Origin: Clostridiales bacterium
GTDB lineage: Bacteria; Bacillota; Clostridia; Christensenellales; Aristaeellaceae
Length of the DNA: 64,000 nt
Direction of reading: 5' to 3'
Assembly (NCBI GenBank): GCA_012523405.1
Contig: JAAYIN010000045.1
Coordinates: 8,285-72,284, forward strand
Part shown: positions 26,093 through 36,772 of the stretch, in pieces
How positions within the stretch are numbered: position 1 is the first letter of the stretch
Layout: each line of letters starts with the position of its first letter
The notes under the pieces: model-generated
What the model was told of the DNA's origin: nothing
Database searches by the model: none
The model's input: the letters and a program-made list of their open reading frames with translations, nothing else
Made by a program: the position numbers and the translations under genes

Positions 26093-28471
26093 TCAGTCGG
26101 TGATTTCGGGTAGGTGTTGCAGCGCTCTGAGCGCGTGCAGAAGAGGACTATCGCCAAGGGAGCATTTGATTGGAGGCGATAGGGTATAAGCAAAGGGCGA
26201 TTCGGTAAAGTTGATCAGCCCGAGCTGCCTAAATGCATGCATCCCGCATCTGACCTGAGATGCGGTAAGACCTGATGCCTGCGCAACTTGGTGCAGCGAG
26301 CGATAGGAAGCAGCCCGAAGCGCTTTGTACAACGTGCGATAGGCGGCATCGCCTGCATCCAGATCGGTGGCGACATTTGAGACAGCGTTGCTGTTTGCAA
26401 GTGAGAAGATCGTTGATTCGGGACATAATTGCTGCCATAAGGCTGATTCGCCTTCAAAAATTTCGCCGTCAATGAGCCAAATCTGCCTCCAATGCCCTTT
26501 GATGAGGGAGGGGATGGGGGCGAGCAGCAGCGTATGAAATCCGCGTGCGTCACTTGGCGCGTGCCTGCAAATATCCATTTCACATTGCTTGAGTGCAGCG
26601 GCGGCGGATGCCCTTGTACGGGATATCACAAGCACTCCGCGGTCATGGGCAGCTAGCTGTAAAGCTAGGTCGGCCCAGGTCTTCACCATCAATAATACTT
26701 CTGTATCCAAGACGGTTTTTCCTGCCTGCAATTCAAAAGCGTCAAGAAAACCATCGAGCAGCTCGCTTTGTTCTTCCAAGGGAGCGGTGCGCTTAAGCAT
26801 TTCAATTTGCGCCTGATAAACAGGGCGGAGGGCTTTGACCTCAAGCTGCAATGTCGTGCGGCCGCGGAATGTATTTCGCCCAAGCGCAAAGATGCCGTCC
26901 AATGCATCGGGCATGTTGGATGCCATCTTGCCCATGGAAAAAGCAATGCCGTCCATGACGCATCGATCTTGGCGAAGGGTCAGCTTTAAATGCGAACCAT
27001 CTGCGCCAACTGCACGCTTTTCCTCGGGCAATAGGTTGGTAGCATAAAACAGGGGAGCGGGGTTGTCGCATCCGAAAGGCTCCATCAAGAGCAGCTCGTC
27101 AAGAAGCGAGTCTGTGCAGTCAGCAAGCGAAACCTGCGCATCGTATTCCTGCGCGGGCACAAATAGCTGAGGGTCATAGGCGGCGATGGCTGTTTGCAAA
27201 CGCTCATAAAAAGCATCATAGTTTTCAGATGCCAGCGTCACGCCTGCTGCTTGGTCATGCCCGCCGTAGCGAAGCAGAAGATCATCGCATGATTGCAGGC
27301 ATTTGTGGATATTCACGCCAGGGATGCTGCGCAGACTGCCGTGGAGCATGCCGTCCTCTTCGCTGAGTACGCAAACAGGACAGAAATAATTTTGGCAAAG
27401 TTTGCCCGCTGCCAATCCGATTACGCCTACATGCCAGCTGTCGCCCTTGATGATCAAGGCGCGGTGCTTGGTAAAATCATGCAGTGCAGCTTTCTCGCTC
27501 GCTTCCTTGAGAAGGTTGCTCTCGGTGGTCTTGCGTGCGGTGTTTAGTTCATCCAGCTCTTGGGCTAGTGCGTTAGCCTCGGCGGGGTCATCGGTCATCA
27601 TGAGGCGTACGGCTTTGTTCGCATCATCCAGCCGTCCGGCGGCATTGATGCGCGGTCCAAGGCGGAAGCCCAGCGCACCGCTGTCAATGGGGTCAGGGTC
27701 ACCGCTCACATGGAGCAGCGCTCTGAGGCCGAGTCGCTCGCGCGACTGAATGCGCCTTAGACCATAGGACACAAGCACACGGTTTTCGCCCGTGAGGGGG
27801 ACAATGTCGGCGACTGTAGCAAGCGCAACGAGATCAAGATATTCCATGCACTGATCTAGCCCTAGCAGGACGGTCGCAACCTTAAACGCAACCCCTGCGC
27901 CGCATAATTTGCGGTAGGGATAGCTGCCAAGCAGCGGGTTAATCACCGCATCAGCAGGGCTCGGATCAAGCCCAAGTCCGTGGTGATCGGTGACGATTAC
28001 GGTCATGCCAAGGGACTGCGCTAGGCGCACCTCTTCATGGTTTGTAATGCCTAGGTCGACTGTCACCAGCAGCTTGTAGGTCTTGGCTAGTGATTTGATC
28101 GCGTCTACATTGAGGCCATAGCCCTCATCGCGCTTTGGAATATGCGGGGCGGCGTCAATGCCGTACCGCCTGAGCGCTTGCGTCAAAATCGTACAGGCAG
28201 AAACGCCGTCTACATCATAATCCCCATATACAACACAAGGGATATTATCCTCCCGTGCGCGCGAAAGAATAGCGGCTGCCTCAGGCATGCCGCTCATAAG
28301 CATTGGGTCATGAAGCCCGGATAGGGACGGATGCATGAATGCATCTGCATCAGGGGCTGTGGTAATACCGCGCGAGTGAAGCAACTTGGCTGTGATGCCG
28401 CTATATGGGCGGAGCGCAGCAGCTGCCAGCTCATCAAAAGGAGCGGTATCGCGGGGGATAAAACGAAGCAA
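26093..28471 (-). CDS. recJ: Single-stranded-DNA-specific exonuclease RecJ
   Basis: DHH motifs VVYGDYDVDG, TVDLGI and VIVTDHH. DHHA1 block GGHDQAAG. Confidence 0.9.
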   Translation of the reverse strand: MLRFIPRDTAPFDELAAAALRPYSGITAKLLHSRGITTAPDADAFMHPSLSGLHDPMLMSGMPEAAAILSRAREDNIPCVVYGDYDVDGVSACTILTQALRRYGIDAAPHIPKRDEGYGLNVDAIKSLAKTYKLLVTVDLGITNHEEVRLAQSLGMTVIVTDHHGLGLDPSPADAVINPLLGSYPYRKLCGAGVAFKVATVLLGLDQCMEYLDLVALATVADIVPLTGENRVLVSYGLRRIQSRERLGLRALLHVSGDPDPIDSGALGFRLGPRINAAGRLDDANKAVRLMMTDDPAEANALAQELDELNTARKTTESNLLKEASEKAALHDFTKHRALIIKGDSWHVGVIGLAAGKLCQNYFCPVCVLSEEDGMLHGSLRSIPGVNIHKCLQSCDDLLLRYGGHDQAAGVTLASENYDAFYERLQTAIAAYDPQLFVPAQEYDAQVSLADCTDSLLDELLLMEPFGCDNPAPLFYATNLLPEEKRAVGADGSHLKLTLRQDRCVMDGIAFSMGKMASNMPDALDGIFALGRNTFRGRTTLQLEVKALRPVYQAQIEMLKRTAPLEEQSELLDGFLDAFELQAGKTVLDTEVLLMVKTWADLALQLAAHDRGVLVISRTRASAAAALKQCEMDICRHAPSDARGFHTLLLAPIPSLIKGHWRQIWLIDGEIFEGESALWQQLCPESTIFSLANSNAVSNVATDLDAGDAAYRTLYKALRAASYRSLHQVAQASGLTASQVRCGMHAFRQLGLINFTESPFAYTLSPPIKCSLGDSPLLHALRALQHLPEITD

Positions 28472-28582
28472 TGGAGTGCCTCCTTCTGAGTATCAAAAAA
28501 GCTCGGGGCTATGCCATTTCGTGCGGTCTTTGTGCAGACGCTTTATCGCCGCATTTGCATAGAAAATCGTTGCTGGACAAGC

Positions 28583-30142
28583 TTACGCGTCCTTCTTTTC
28601 CTCGTGGTATTCTTGCTCGGTGTTCACACTCCAGATATTCTCCTTGCCTGTCTTGCCTGCTTGCAGGTTCTTGACGGCCTCAAAGGAGGTAGCCATGGAG
28701 TGATCCATGTTGTTATAGCGGTGCTGACCATTGCGGCCAACGCAGTAAAGGTTTTCAAAGGAGCTAAGATAATCCACAACCTTGTCCATTTCATCATAGG
28801 TGTCAAAGTATGCGGGATATGCTTTTTGCACGCGCTCGCGATGGCTATCAAGCACATCTTCGCGGCTGTTGATCACGCGCATGGAAATGAGCTCATCAAT
28901 CGCCTTCGTCACGCATTCATTCTCGTCCATACTCCAGAACGAATCGCCTTCATTGCAGAAGTATTCAAGACCAACCCATACCTTGTGCTCTGGATCGGCA
29001 ACCAGATAGGGAGACCAGTTGTTGAAGATCTGGATGCGGCCAAGCTTGACATTGGTATCTTGAACATAGATCCAGCAATCTGGAACGATATTGTTTAGCG
29101 TTTTGAGCTTTGTTTCGTTTTTTAGGTTGAGCTTATCAACCAGCAGACCAACGGTCACGAAATCGCGATAGGGAAGTCCCTTGGCGATGCGTGCCACATC
29201 GGCAGGTACGTCATTGGTGCCGCCAACCAAGTCCTTAACAGGCATGGAAGAAATGACGTGGTCAGCGTCCATGGTATGTTCGCCCTGTGCATCCTTGTAG
29301 CGAACAGCGGTGACTTTGCTGCCCTCAGTTACAAGTCCCAGTACTTCGCAGCCAAGAACCAGCTTACCGCCCTGAGCAGTAAAGTCGGATGCGGCGGTTT
29401 CCCAAAGCTGACCGGGACCGAACTTGGGATAGCGGAATTCCTCGATGAGCGAGGTTTGCACCTTCTTTGCACGCTGCTCCTTGCTCATGAAGATCTTGGA
29501 GAACATGTCCTTGAGGATGCCCATGATGCTCAGTTCCTTGGTGCGCTGCTTGCCCCAGTCGGCGGCAATTTCGCGCGGATGACGACCCCAGAGCTTCTCT
29601 GTATAGCCTTCAAAGAACATGCTGTAGAGCTTCTTACCAAAGCTGTTGATGTAGAAGTTTTCCAAGTTGTCATTGGGCAGCTTGTGGACAACGGTTTTGA
29701 GGTAGCTAAAGCCAACCTTCATCGTTGTGACAAAGCCCATGGTTTTCAGCGTATCCCATTTGAGGCTGATGGGGTAATCGAAAAAATGATGATCGTAATA
29801 AATACGGCTTACGCGATTACGTGTCAGCATGACGCGGTCTTCTGTTTGGGGATCAGGACCGCCCGCATGCAGCGGAACTTCGCGGCCAAGCACCTTGTCA
29901 TCAAAGGAGGGCGCGCCTTGCATGGGCATGACATCTTCCCACCAGCGCATGACCTGTTGATCCTTGCTGAAAAAACGATGACCGCCGATATCCATGCGGT
30001 TTCCGTTATAAAAAACGGTACGGGAAATGCCGCCGATTTCATTTGTTTTTTCAAAAATGGTCACATCGTATCCGAGTTTGATCAATTCGTATGCGGCAGT
30101 TAGCCCCGCTGGACCTGCACCGATAATCAGTATTTTAGACAT
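28583..30142 (-). CDS. NAD(P)/FAD-dependent oxidoreductase (amine-oxidase / UDP-galactopyranose-mutase-like fold)
   Basis: [18 protein letters not shown]...[13 protein letters not shown]...IGGHRFF. Confidence 0.8.
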   Translation of the reverse strand: MSKILIIGAGPAGLTAAYELIKLGYDVTIFEKTNEIGGISRTVFYNGNRMDIGGHRFFSKDQQVMRWWEDVMPMQGAPSFDDKVLGREVPLHAGGPDPQTEDRVMLTRNRVSRIYYDHHFFDYPISLKWDTLKTMGFVTTMKVGFSYLKTVVHKLPNDNLENFYINSFGKKLYSMFFEGYTEKLWGRHPREIAADWGKQRTKELSIMGILKDMFSKIFMSKEQRAKKVQTSLIEEFRYPKFGPGQLWETAASDFTAQGGKLVLGCEVLGLVTEGSKVTAVRYKDAQGEHTMDADHVISSMPVKDLVGGTNDVPADVARIAKGLPYRDFVTVGLLVDKLNLKNETKLKTLNNIVPDCWIYVQDTNVKLGRIQIFNNWSPYLVADPEHKVWVGLEYFCNEGDSFWSMDENECVTKAIDELISMRVINSREDVLDSHRERVQKAYPAYFDTYDEMDKVVDYLSSFENLYCVGRNGQHRYNNMDHSMATSFEAVKNLQAGKTGKENIWSVNTEQEYHEEKKDA

Positions 30143-30183
30143 ATGTAACTCCTATTCTATCACTAGTATATATTGCAGATTAC

Positions 30184-30212
30184 AGTATACATTTTTTCTA
30201 ATGGAATAGCAA
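30184..30212 (-). promoter_or_regulatory. Candidate sigma-A promoter of 28583-30142
   Basis: On the - strand: TTGCTA (30212-30207), 17-nt spacer, TATACT (30189-30184). Confidence 0.45.
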
Positions 30213-30279
30213 GGTAGGGGCAATCAAATTGCCCTCCCAGCATCACTGCAGGGAGGGCGAAAAGGCGGAAAAACGGACA

Positions 30280-30308
30280 TAAAAAGAGCGCACAGTAATT
30301 TGTGCGCT
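30280..30308 (-). terminator. Rho-independent terminator after the coiled-coil gene
   Basis: Stem agcgcaca/tgtgcgct, 6-nt loop, then a U-rich tract on the - strand (CTTTTTAT). Confidence 0.7.
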
Positions 30309-30326
30309 GCTTATCAAATGATGCGA

Positions 30327-31214
30327 TTATGGGGTGGTTGTCACGATGGGAATAAAACTTGGACGAGGAGACGGAGCAGGTGCCTCTGTTTTCGTAGGTG
30401 CCGCGGTTTTCACAGGCGCGGCAGTTTGAACAGGGGTCTTGATCTGTGTTGGCGCGGGGCTGTGCGCAGGCATGTCCGATGGCACTATCGCAGCGGTCGG
30501 AGTTGCCTGCGGTACTTCAAGATTTGGCAGGATGAATATGCTATCCGGATACGAATCTTCAAAAGTCCGCTTGAGTTGATGGAGCGATGTTTCCTTTGCA
30601 TCGCCTGACCTCACGCGCCCCCAAAACGTCAGCAGTTCCATGAATGCTTCGCCTTCGCTTGTTAGGTCTTTGATCGACTGCTGATCTGCGATGAGGCTTT
30701 GATCATAAGCGGCTGATGCTGCGACGCTCTTGCCTACCTCCAGCTCTAAATCTCCCCTGGCAATGGCAAGGGCTTCGCTTAGGTTATCCCGCTGAGCCGT
30801 CATATCATCAAGATCGGTTTCCAGCGCATTCGCATCGTCTTGCGATTGAGTGAGCGCATCGCTTAGAGCGCTGATCTCTTGCTCATGCTTTATCGCGCTA
30901 TTTTCCATATCCGTTGTTTGCTGCGCAATTGCATCGTTGGTTTCATTGATGGAACTCATGACATCATCAAGATTAACGCGGAGTTCATCTCGCTGCGCAG
31001 TGATGACTGTAAGGGACGCGGCTTGAGAATCTGCTGTGGTTTGTAGGTCATCGTAGAGCGATTGCTGCTCTCGTAGTTTGAGCTTGAGATTTGCGACCGC
31101 GCTCGCTTGCATCGTGAGTTGATCGGATTGCGTGATATTGCCCGCTACGATGAACCCTGTTACGAGCAGCAAAGCAACCATAAGTACCGTTAAGAATGTA
31201 ATGGATTGTCTCAT
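30327..31214 (-). CDS. Membrane-anchored coiled-coil protein with Pro-rich C-terminus
   Basis: N-terminal TM helix, about 170 aa of heptad-like Q/D/L-rich sequence, and a C-terminal PAPTQIKTPVQTAAPVKTAAPTKTEAPAPSP. Confidence 0.7.
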   Translation of the reverse strand: MRQSITFLTVLMVALLLVTGFIVAGNITQSDQLTMQASAVANLKLKLREQQSLYDDLQTTADSQAASLTVITAQRDELRVNLDDVMSSINETNDAIAQQTTDMENSAIKHEQEISALSDALTQSQDDANALETDLDDMTAQRDNLSEALAIARGDLELEVGKSVAASAAYDQSLIADQQSIKDLTSEGEAFMELLTFWGRVRSGDAKETSLHQLKRTFEDSYPDSIFILPNLEVPQATPTAAIVPSDMPAHSPAPTQIKTPVQTAAPVKTAAPTKTEAPAPSPRPSFIPIVTTTP

Positions 31215-31309
31215 GATCTATTCCCTCCCATAAAAAACGCCTGACTTCTGCCTTAGCATACGTCAAGCGTTTGAAAACTATACAGTTGGGGGCGCGCAAT
31301 CATCTGTGC

Positions 31310-31861
31310 TCACTCAGCCGCGGCAGGAAGACTGGCGGAAGGCGGCTGCTCGGGCGGAGGCAGCGGGGGCAATTCACGAATGTCGGAGATGCCGAAATGC
31401 TCAAGAAAACGGTCAGTTGTTCCATAAAGGATCGGACGACCAAGTGCTTCCTTGCGTCCAAGCTCCTTGATCAAATCCTTGCTGAGCAAGGACTGGATGG
31501 AGTAATCGCATTTAACGCCGCGCACATGCTCAACCTCGCCCTTTGTTGCAGGCTGACGATAAGCGATGACGGCGAGGGTTTCCATAGCGGTCTGGGACAA
31601 GCTCTGCTTTTGCACGGGTTGGAGCAGCCTCTCAACATAAGGTGCATATTCAGGGCGGGTTTCGAGCCTGAGGTGATCTCCGTATCGGCGAAGCGTGATG
31701 CCGCGCCTGGTGTTGTCAAGATCGCGCTGCAGGTTTTCAATCACCGTGACGATTTCCATCTCGCTTAATTCAAGAGCTGCGGCGATGTCTGCAATTCGTA
31801 CAGGTTCACCAGACACAAATAGGATGGCCTCAATGATGTGAGGAACTTCATTCATCTCCAC
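31310..31861 (-). CDS. scpB: Segregation and condensation protein B
   Basis: IIEAILFVSGEPVRIADIA...TLAVIAYRQPATKGEVEHVRGV. Confidence 0.9.
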   Translation of the reverse strand: MEMNEVPHIIEAILFVSGEPVRIADIAAALELSEMEIVTVIENLQRDLDNTRRGITLRRYGDHLRLETRPEYAPYVERLLQPVQKQSLSQTAMETLAVIAYRQPATKGEVEHVRGVKCDYSIQSLLSKDLIKELGRKEALGRPILYGTTDRFLEHFGISDIRELPPLPPPEQPPSASLPAAAE

Positions 31862-32582
31862 TTGACTCTCTCCTTCCGGGCATTAGCGTGATTTCGTCAA
31901 ATACGCTGTTTTGCAGTATATGTGCTTTGCCGAGCTTGAGCAGCTCCAGCAGTGCCATGAATAGCGTCACGACTTCCTCGCGGTCGGGCGCATCGCTGAA
32001 AAGCTCATCAAAGGTAGCGCGTCCAACGCTTAGGCGGCTTTCGATCGCCTCCATGCAGCCTTCCACCGTATAGTTATCACGCCTGATGTCGCGCAAACGG
32101 AAATCCACTTCTTTAGGCTCGTTTGGCGTGCGGCTTTGTACGCGCAGGAGCGCTTCCCAAAGCGAGGAAAGAGTTAGACCGTCAAGGTCGAAGGTGGGCG
32201 GGGGGAGCGGGTATTCCTCAGGCAATTTGCCAAAAATCTGCTTGGCACTCAGTTCAAAAGAAGCCATGCTTTGCGCGGATTCTTTGAATTGCTTATAGGC
32301 AATGAGGCGATCAATCAGCGCTTGTTCGGGGTCTTCTTCCTCTTCTTTGGGAGGCTTTGGAAGCAGATGCCTGCTCTTGATTTCCACAAGAAGCGCGGCC
32401 ATGGTGATGAATTCGCTCGCTTCGTCCATGTCAAAGTCGGACGCTTGGCGAACCACTTGGATGTATTGATCGGTGATCTCGCTGATGAAGATATCCTTGA
32501 GGTCAATCTTCGCCTTGCCAATCAGATGCAAGAGCAGGTCAAGCGGACCATCAAACTGTTTGAGGTGAAAATCTACAGCCAT
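31848..32582 (-). CDS. scpA: Segregation and condensation protein A
   Basis: LKQFDGPLDLLLHLIGKAKIDLKDIFISEITDQY. The ATG at 32582 lies 1 nt after the upstream stop. The alternative start at 32600 would overlap the upstream gene. Confidence 0.9.
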   Translation of the reverse strand: MAVDFHLKQFDGPLDLLLHLIGKAKIDLKDIFISEITDQYIQVVRQASDFDMDEASEFITMAALLVEIKSRHLLPKPPKEEEEDPEQALIDRLIAYKQFKESAQSMASFELSAKQIFGKLPEEYPLPPPTFDLDGLTLSSLWEALLRVQSRTPNEPKEVDFRLRDIRRDNYTVEGCMEAIESRLSVGRATFDELFSDAPDREEVVTLFMALLELLKLGKAHILQNSVFDEITLMPGRRESSGDE

Positions 32583-32583
32583 G

Positions 32584-33384
32584 TCAGCCCTTTCCTGCAA
32601 TCAGCAGTAGGAAATTCAAAACGACATTTTCGACGCCGCCAATGATGGAGGATAGAACGCCTGAGAGTGCGCCGGAAAAGATGAGTACCATCAAAACGAC
32701 TTGCGCGATCTGGAACATATTGCCCGTCAGTTGGAATCGACCTTTAAAGAGAATGTCATTAAAGATGTGGAAACCGTCCAGCGGGGGAATGGGCAGGAAG
32801 TTGAAAATCGCGATGGAAAGGTTCATGTTCGCTAGGAGCAGGAGGAAACGCTGCACATGCTGCAGCCAAGGGAAGCGCATGAACTCAGATAGCTGCGTGC
32901 CTTCGCCGACCAACAGCACGTTCACGATCCAGCTCCTTGAGGACAGAAATGCCTTTGCTCCGCCGTTTGCATTGATCACTTCGGGTCTCCATAGCAAGCT
33001 ATTGATGCCGATGGCGAGGGAGAGGGCAAGCAGGAACATGATGAAGTTGACGGTAATACCTGCTATGCTGACCAAGAAATCATCGCGGCGGTAGTTTTTA
33101 AAATTGCGCGGGTTTACGGGTACGGGCTTTGCCCAACCGAAACCAAGAAACACAAGGCATAGCGTTCCGATAGGGTCTAGGTGCTTGCGGGGGTCAAGGG
33201 ATAAGCGTCCTAGCATCTTTGCCGTTGGGTCCCCGCAGCGCCAAGCCACATAGCCATGCGCCACTTCATGGAAGATCAAGGTGATCAGGATACAAACAGC
33301 AAAATAGAAAAGATAAAGTATAAACCCGACTGGGTCGCTCATGAGCCAGCTATAATAGCTCTGTAAACGATTCAAAATACCCAT
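32584..33384 (-). CDS. Site-2 protease family (M50) membrane metalloprotease
   Basis: HEVAHG zinc motif in a TM helix, and a later NFLPIPPLDG motif. Confidence 0.85.
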   Translation of the reverse strand: MGILNRLQSYYSWLMSDPVGFILYLFYFAVCILITLIFHEVAHGYVAWRCGDPTAKMLGRLSLDPRKHLDPIGTLCLVFLGFGWAKPVPVNPRNFKNYRRDDFLVSIAGITVNFIMFLLALSLAIGINSLLWRPEVINANGGAKAFLSSRSWIVNVLLVGEGTQLSEFMRFPWLQHVQRFLLLLANMNLSIAIFNFLPIPPLDGFHIFNDILFKGRFQLTGNMFQIAQVVLMVLIFSGALSGVLSSIIGGVENVVLNFLLLIAGKG

Positions 33385-33533
33385 TGTTCAGCCTCATTTC
33401 AAAATAACATCCGTGGTGATTAGGATGAATGGTTAACCATTCTATTATACCGTGGAGGTGATAAAATGGCAAGTAAGGGCTGCTTTTGAGGGTGAAAAGT
33501 AACGGTATGTTCATAGAGACGCAAGCAATGGGC

Positions 33534-33565
33534 AAAAAGAAAAGAAGCAGCAAATCGCTGCTTCT
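33534..33565 (-). terminator. Rho-independent terminator after the ABC-F gene
   Basis: Stem agaagcagc/gctgcttct, then TTTTCTTTTT on the - strand. Confidence 0.75.
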
Positions 33566-33612
33566 TACATGTTGTTATATCTGGCATAGTCCCAAGCTCT
33601 TTGGGTAATTGC

Positions 33613-35211
33613 TTATCGAGCTTTCTTCCATGCAAGGAAGTCTTCGAACTTGCCTTCGTAGTCGAGGCAGCCCTCTTTGCCAAGCGGAATCTCAATGATG
33701 CGGTTGGAAATCTCATCGATGAACTGATAGTCATGGGATGAGAACAGCAGATTGCCCGTATATGCGGCAAGACCGTTTGAAAGCGCTGTGATGCTTTCAA
33801 GGTCAAGGTGGTTGGTGGGTTGGTCAAGGACGAGCGCATTGGCTTGGCTCATCATGAGGCGCGAGAGCATGCAGCGAACCTTTTCACCGCCTGATAGAAC
33901 CTTTGCGGGCTTGTAGACATCATCGCCTGAAAAGAGCATGCGTCCTAGGAAGCCGCGCAGATAGCTTTCGGTGGTATCCTTTGAATACTGGCGCAACCAC
34001 TCAATGAGCGTGCCGTCAAAGTCTTCAAAAAATCTGGTGTTGTCTTTGGGGAAATAACTCTGGCTGATGGTAACGCCCCAGCGGAAGGAACCTTCATCGG
34101 GATTCATTTCGCCAATGAGAATGCGGAACAGTGCAGTAGCACCAGCCTCGTTCTCGCCGACAAATGCGATCTTATCGCCCTTTTTCATGGTGAGGGTGAG
34201 GTTGTCGATAACTTTCACGCCGTCCACGGTCTTGGTGAGGTTTTCGATCATGAGGATGTCGCGACCTGCCTCGCGCTCGGGCTCAAACCCTACGAAGGGG
34301 TATTTACGGCTGGAAGCAGGCATTTGCTCGATCTGAATGGTGTCAAGCATCTTCTTACGGCTGGTAGCCTGACGGCTCTTTGATTTGTTTGCAGAGAACC
34401 GACGAATGAAGTCCTGCAGGTCCTTGATCTTCTCTTCACGCTTCTTGTTTTGATTGCGAAGCAGCTGCTGCATGAGGGTGCTCGCGTCATACCAGAAGTC
34501 GTAGTTGCCTGTGTACATTTTGCAGGCTGCGTGGTCAACGTCTACGATATGGGTACAAACGGAGTTGAGGAAGTGACGATCATGGCTGACGACGATGACG
34601 ATTGCATTACATTCGACAAGGAAGTCCTCAAGCCATTCTGTGCTTTCCACATCAAGACCGTTTGTAGGCTCATCTAGGAGGATGATGGAGGGTTGTCCAA
34701 ACAGAGCCTGAGCCAAAAGAACTTTGACCTTTTGGCGGCCGTCAAGGGTCTCCATCTGTGAAAAATGGAGATCGGTTGCAATGCCGATGCCGTTGAGCAG
34801 CTGCGCTGCTTCGGTCTCCGCATCCCAGCCGTTCATCTCAGCAAATTCGCCTTCAAGCACAGCAGCGCGTTCGCCGTCGGCATCCGTGAAGTCTTCCTTT
34901 GCATATAAGGCATCTTTTTCATTCATGATTTCATATAGTCTCGGGTTGCCCATGATGACTGTCTCCATCACAGAATGCTGATCGTACTTAAAGTGATCTT
35001 GCTCAAAAACGCTCATACGATCATCCTTTTGCATGCTCACAGTTCCGGTTGTGGGTTGGAGTTCACCTGAAATAATGCGTAGCAGCGTACTTTTTCCTGC
35101 TCCGTTCGCACCAATAATGCCGTAGCAAAAGCCGGGCTGGAACATCAGGTCTACGTGCTTATAAAGCAGATCTCCTGCAAATTGTAGGCTCACATCGTTA
35201 ATGGTTAACAT
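33613..35211 (-). CDS. ABC-F family ATPase (YkpA/YbiT-like), no TM domain
   Basis: AAGGGGA lies 5 nt upstream of the ATG at 35211. NBD1 has GANGAGKST and ILLDEPTNGLD. The inter-domain linker is basic. NBD2 has LSGGEKVR. Confidence 0.9.
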   Translation of the reverse strand: MLTINDVSLQFAGDLLYKHVDLMFQPGFCYGIIGANGAGKSTLLRIISGELQPTTGTVSMQKDDRMSVFEQDHFKYDQHSVMETVIMGNPRLYEIMNEKDALYAKEDFTDADGERAAVLEGEFAEMNGWDAETEAAQLLNGIGIATDLHFSQMETLDGRQKVKVLLAQALFGQPSIILLDEPTNGLDVESTEWLEDFLVECNAIVIVVSHDRHFLNSVCTHIVDVDHAACKMYTGNYDFWYDASTLMQQLLRNQNKKREEKIKDLQDFIRRFSANKSKSRQATSRKKMLDTIQIEQMPASSRKYPFVGFEPEREAGRDILMIENLTKTVDGVKVIDNLTLTMKKGDKIAFVGENEAGATALFRILIGEMNPDEGSFRWGVTISQSYFPKDNTRFFEDFDGTLIEWLRQYSKDTTESYLRGFLGRMLFSGDDVYKPAKVLSGGEKVRCMLSRLMMSQANALVLDQPTNHLDLESITALSNGLAAYTGNLLFSSHDYQFIDEISNRIIEIPLGKEGCLDYEGKFEDFLAWKKAR

Positions 35212-35371
35212 GGCTGTCCCCTTATTCATATAATTTAGGTGCACACGCGTAAGATTTGGGCGTAGGCACACAATTTAGCGTATCATGTTTAGCATTGTTT
35301 GTCAAAACCTTAATGCGTGTTTTGATAGAAAAATTTTCAAAAAAACGATGCGGCACGTTATTTGGCATAGC

Positions 35372-35401
35372 AAAAACCGCATATCCAATTCGGATATGCG
35401 G
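35372..35401 (-). terminator. Rho-independent terminator after galK
   Basis: 10-bp stem ccgcatatcc/ggatatgcgg, then TTTTT on the - strand. Confidence 0.8.
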
Positions 35402-35415
35402 CTAGATCAATTGAC

Positions 35416-36723
35416 TTATCCCTTCAGATGCACACAAGCAGGACCAATGGGGCGAATGCTTAGCACTTGGCAGCTGTGCGCGCCAAAGACAGCATCCATG
35501 TCGCGAACGAAGCTTTCCAGTTCCTTATGGGGAACAAAGTTAAGCGTCGTCCCTGCAAAACCGCCGCCGTGCACGCGCCAAGCTCCCTTGCCGCGCAGCG
35601 TGTGCTCGGCAAGCATGAGGGCGAGGGAGAGCTGTTGCTCTTTGGGCGATGCAAAGACATTTTGCAAATAACAAAAGCTGCTTCTGCCGCTTTGGATGAT
35701 CAAGCTGAGGAATGCGGAGATATCATCTTCCTTAAGTGCCGCAAATTCCTCTGCAACGCGGTGATTTTCCTCGAAATAATGAGAGGCGCGCATGATCGCG
35801 CGATCCGCATTGACTTGGCCCTTCAGCTCTTCACGAACAGCGGGAAGGCTTTGATAGAAGCGCTCAGGCTGTACGGGACGCAGGAACTTCTCACCAAAAC
35901 AGGCAGCAACAGCAGCCATTTCAGTGGTGATATCGGTATAGCTTGCGGTCAAATCTCCGTGATCGCCGCCTGTGTTGACCACAACCAAGGAATAGCCCTT
36001 GCTGGTAAAATCATAGTGAACTTCTTTGAGCTGAGGGTCTTTGTCTTGAAAGTCGATGTATGCGAGACCGCCGACACTGCTCGCCATTTGATCCAAAAGT
36101 CCGCTCGGTTTGCCAAAGTATACGTTCTCGGCATATTGGCAAATCTTTGCACGATGCTTTTTGTCCAGACGATTGCCGCCGTATAGTTCGTCGAAAATGG
36201 CACAGATCATCACTTCAAATGCGGCGGAGCTGCTAAGACCGCTTCCGCCTTTGACTGTGGAGGTGACAACCGCGTCAAAGCCGCCGATGGGCAGACCCTC
36301 TTCTTGGAGCTTGGCAGCGACGCCGCGGATCAAGGCAGCGGTTGTGCCTAATTCGGATTCACGCATGGCTAAATCATCCAGCGAAATGGTGAGCGGGGCA
36401 TAGCCCTCGCTGTATACGTTGACGTTTTGATCACCACGAATGGTCACCGCAGCTACGGTGTCAAGGTTTACGGCAGCTGTCAGCACTTTGCCCATATTAT
36501 GGTCGGTGTGATTGCCGCCGATTTCTGCACGTCCGGGTGCACTAATGAGGCGAATACCATCTTCAGTATGTGAGCCGATCAGCTCTTCATGACGCTTGAG
36601 CAAGCGCGTATAGCGCGTGGTTTGCGCAACCAACATCCCTTTTTGTACGCCATAGAGATTGTTCAGCTGCTTCATCACAACAGGAGTTTTCAGTTCGTGT
36701 ATCATCTGCGCATACTGTTTCAT
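35416..36723 (-). CDS. galK: Galactokinase (GHMP family)
   Basis: SAPGRAEIGGNHTDHN signature and the GHMP ATP motif GGSGLSSSAAFE. Confidence 0.9.
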   Translation of the reverse strand: MKQYAQMIHELKTPVVMKQLNNLYGVQKGMLVAQTTRYTRLLKRHEELIGSHTEDGIRLISAPGRAEIGGNHTDHNMGKVLTAAVNLDTVAAVTIRGDQNVNVYSEGYAPLTISLDDLAMRESELGTTAALIRGVAAKLQEEGLPIGGFDAVVTSTVKGGSGLSSSAAFEVMICAIFDELYGGNRLDKKHRAKICQYAENVYFGKPSGLLDQMASSVGGLAYIDFQDKDPQLKEVHYDFTSKGYSLVVVNTGGDHGDLTASYTDITTEMAAVAACFGEKFLRPVQPERFYQSLPAVREELKGQVNADRAIMRASHYFEENHRVAEEFAALKEDDISAFLSLIIQSGRSSFCYLQNVFASPKEQQLSLALMLAEHTLRGKGAWRVHGGGFAGTTLNFVPHKELESFVRDMDAVFGAHSCQVLSIRPIGPACVHLKG

Positions 36724-36772
36724 TGCTTATCCCATCCTTCTTTGGTGGTTATATTGAAGTGTCGAATGGCAA

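Noticed and set aside
28511-30103. 195-aa and 281-aa ORFs antisense to the FAD oxidoreductase gene
   Set aside because: Same reasoning: they lie fully within a gene that has a clear dinucleotide-binding motif on the other strand.
35467-36186. 239-aa ORF antisense to galK
   Set aside because: Shadow ORF. galK signatures are unambiguous on the - strand.
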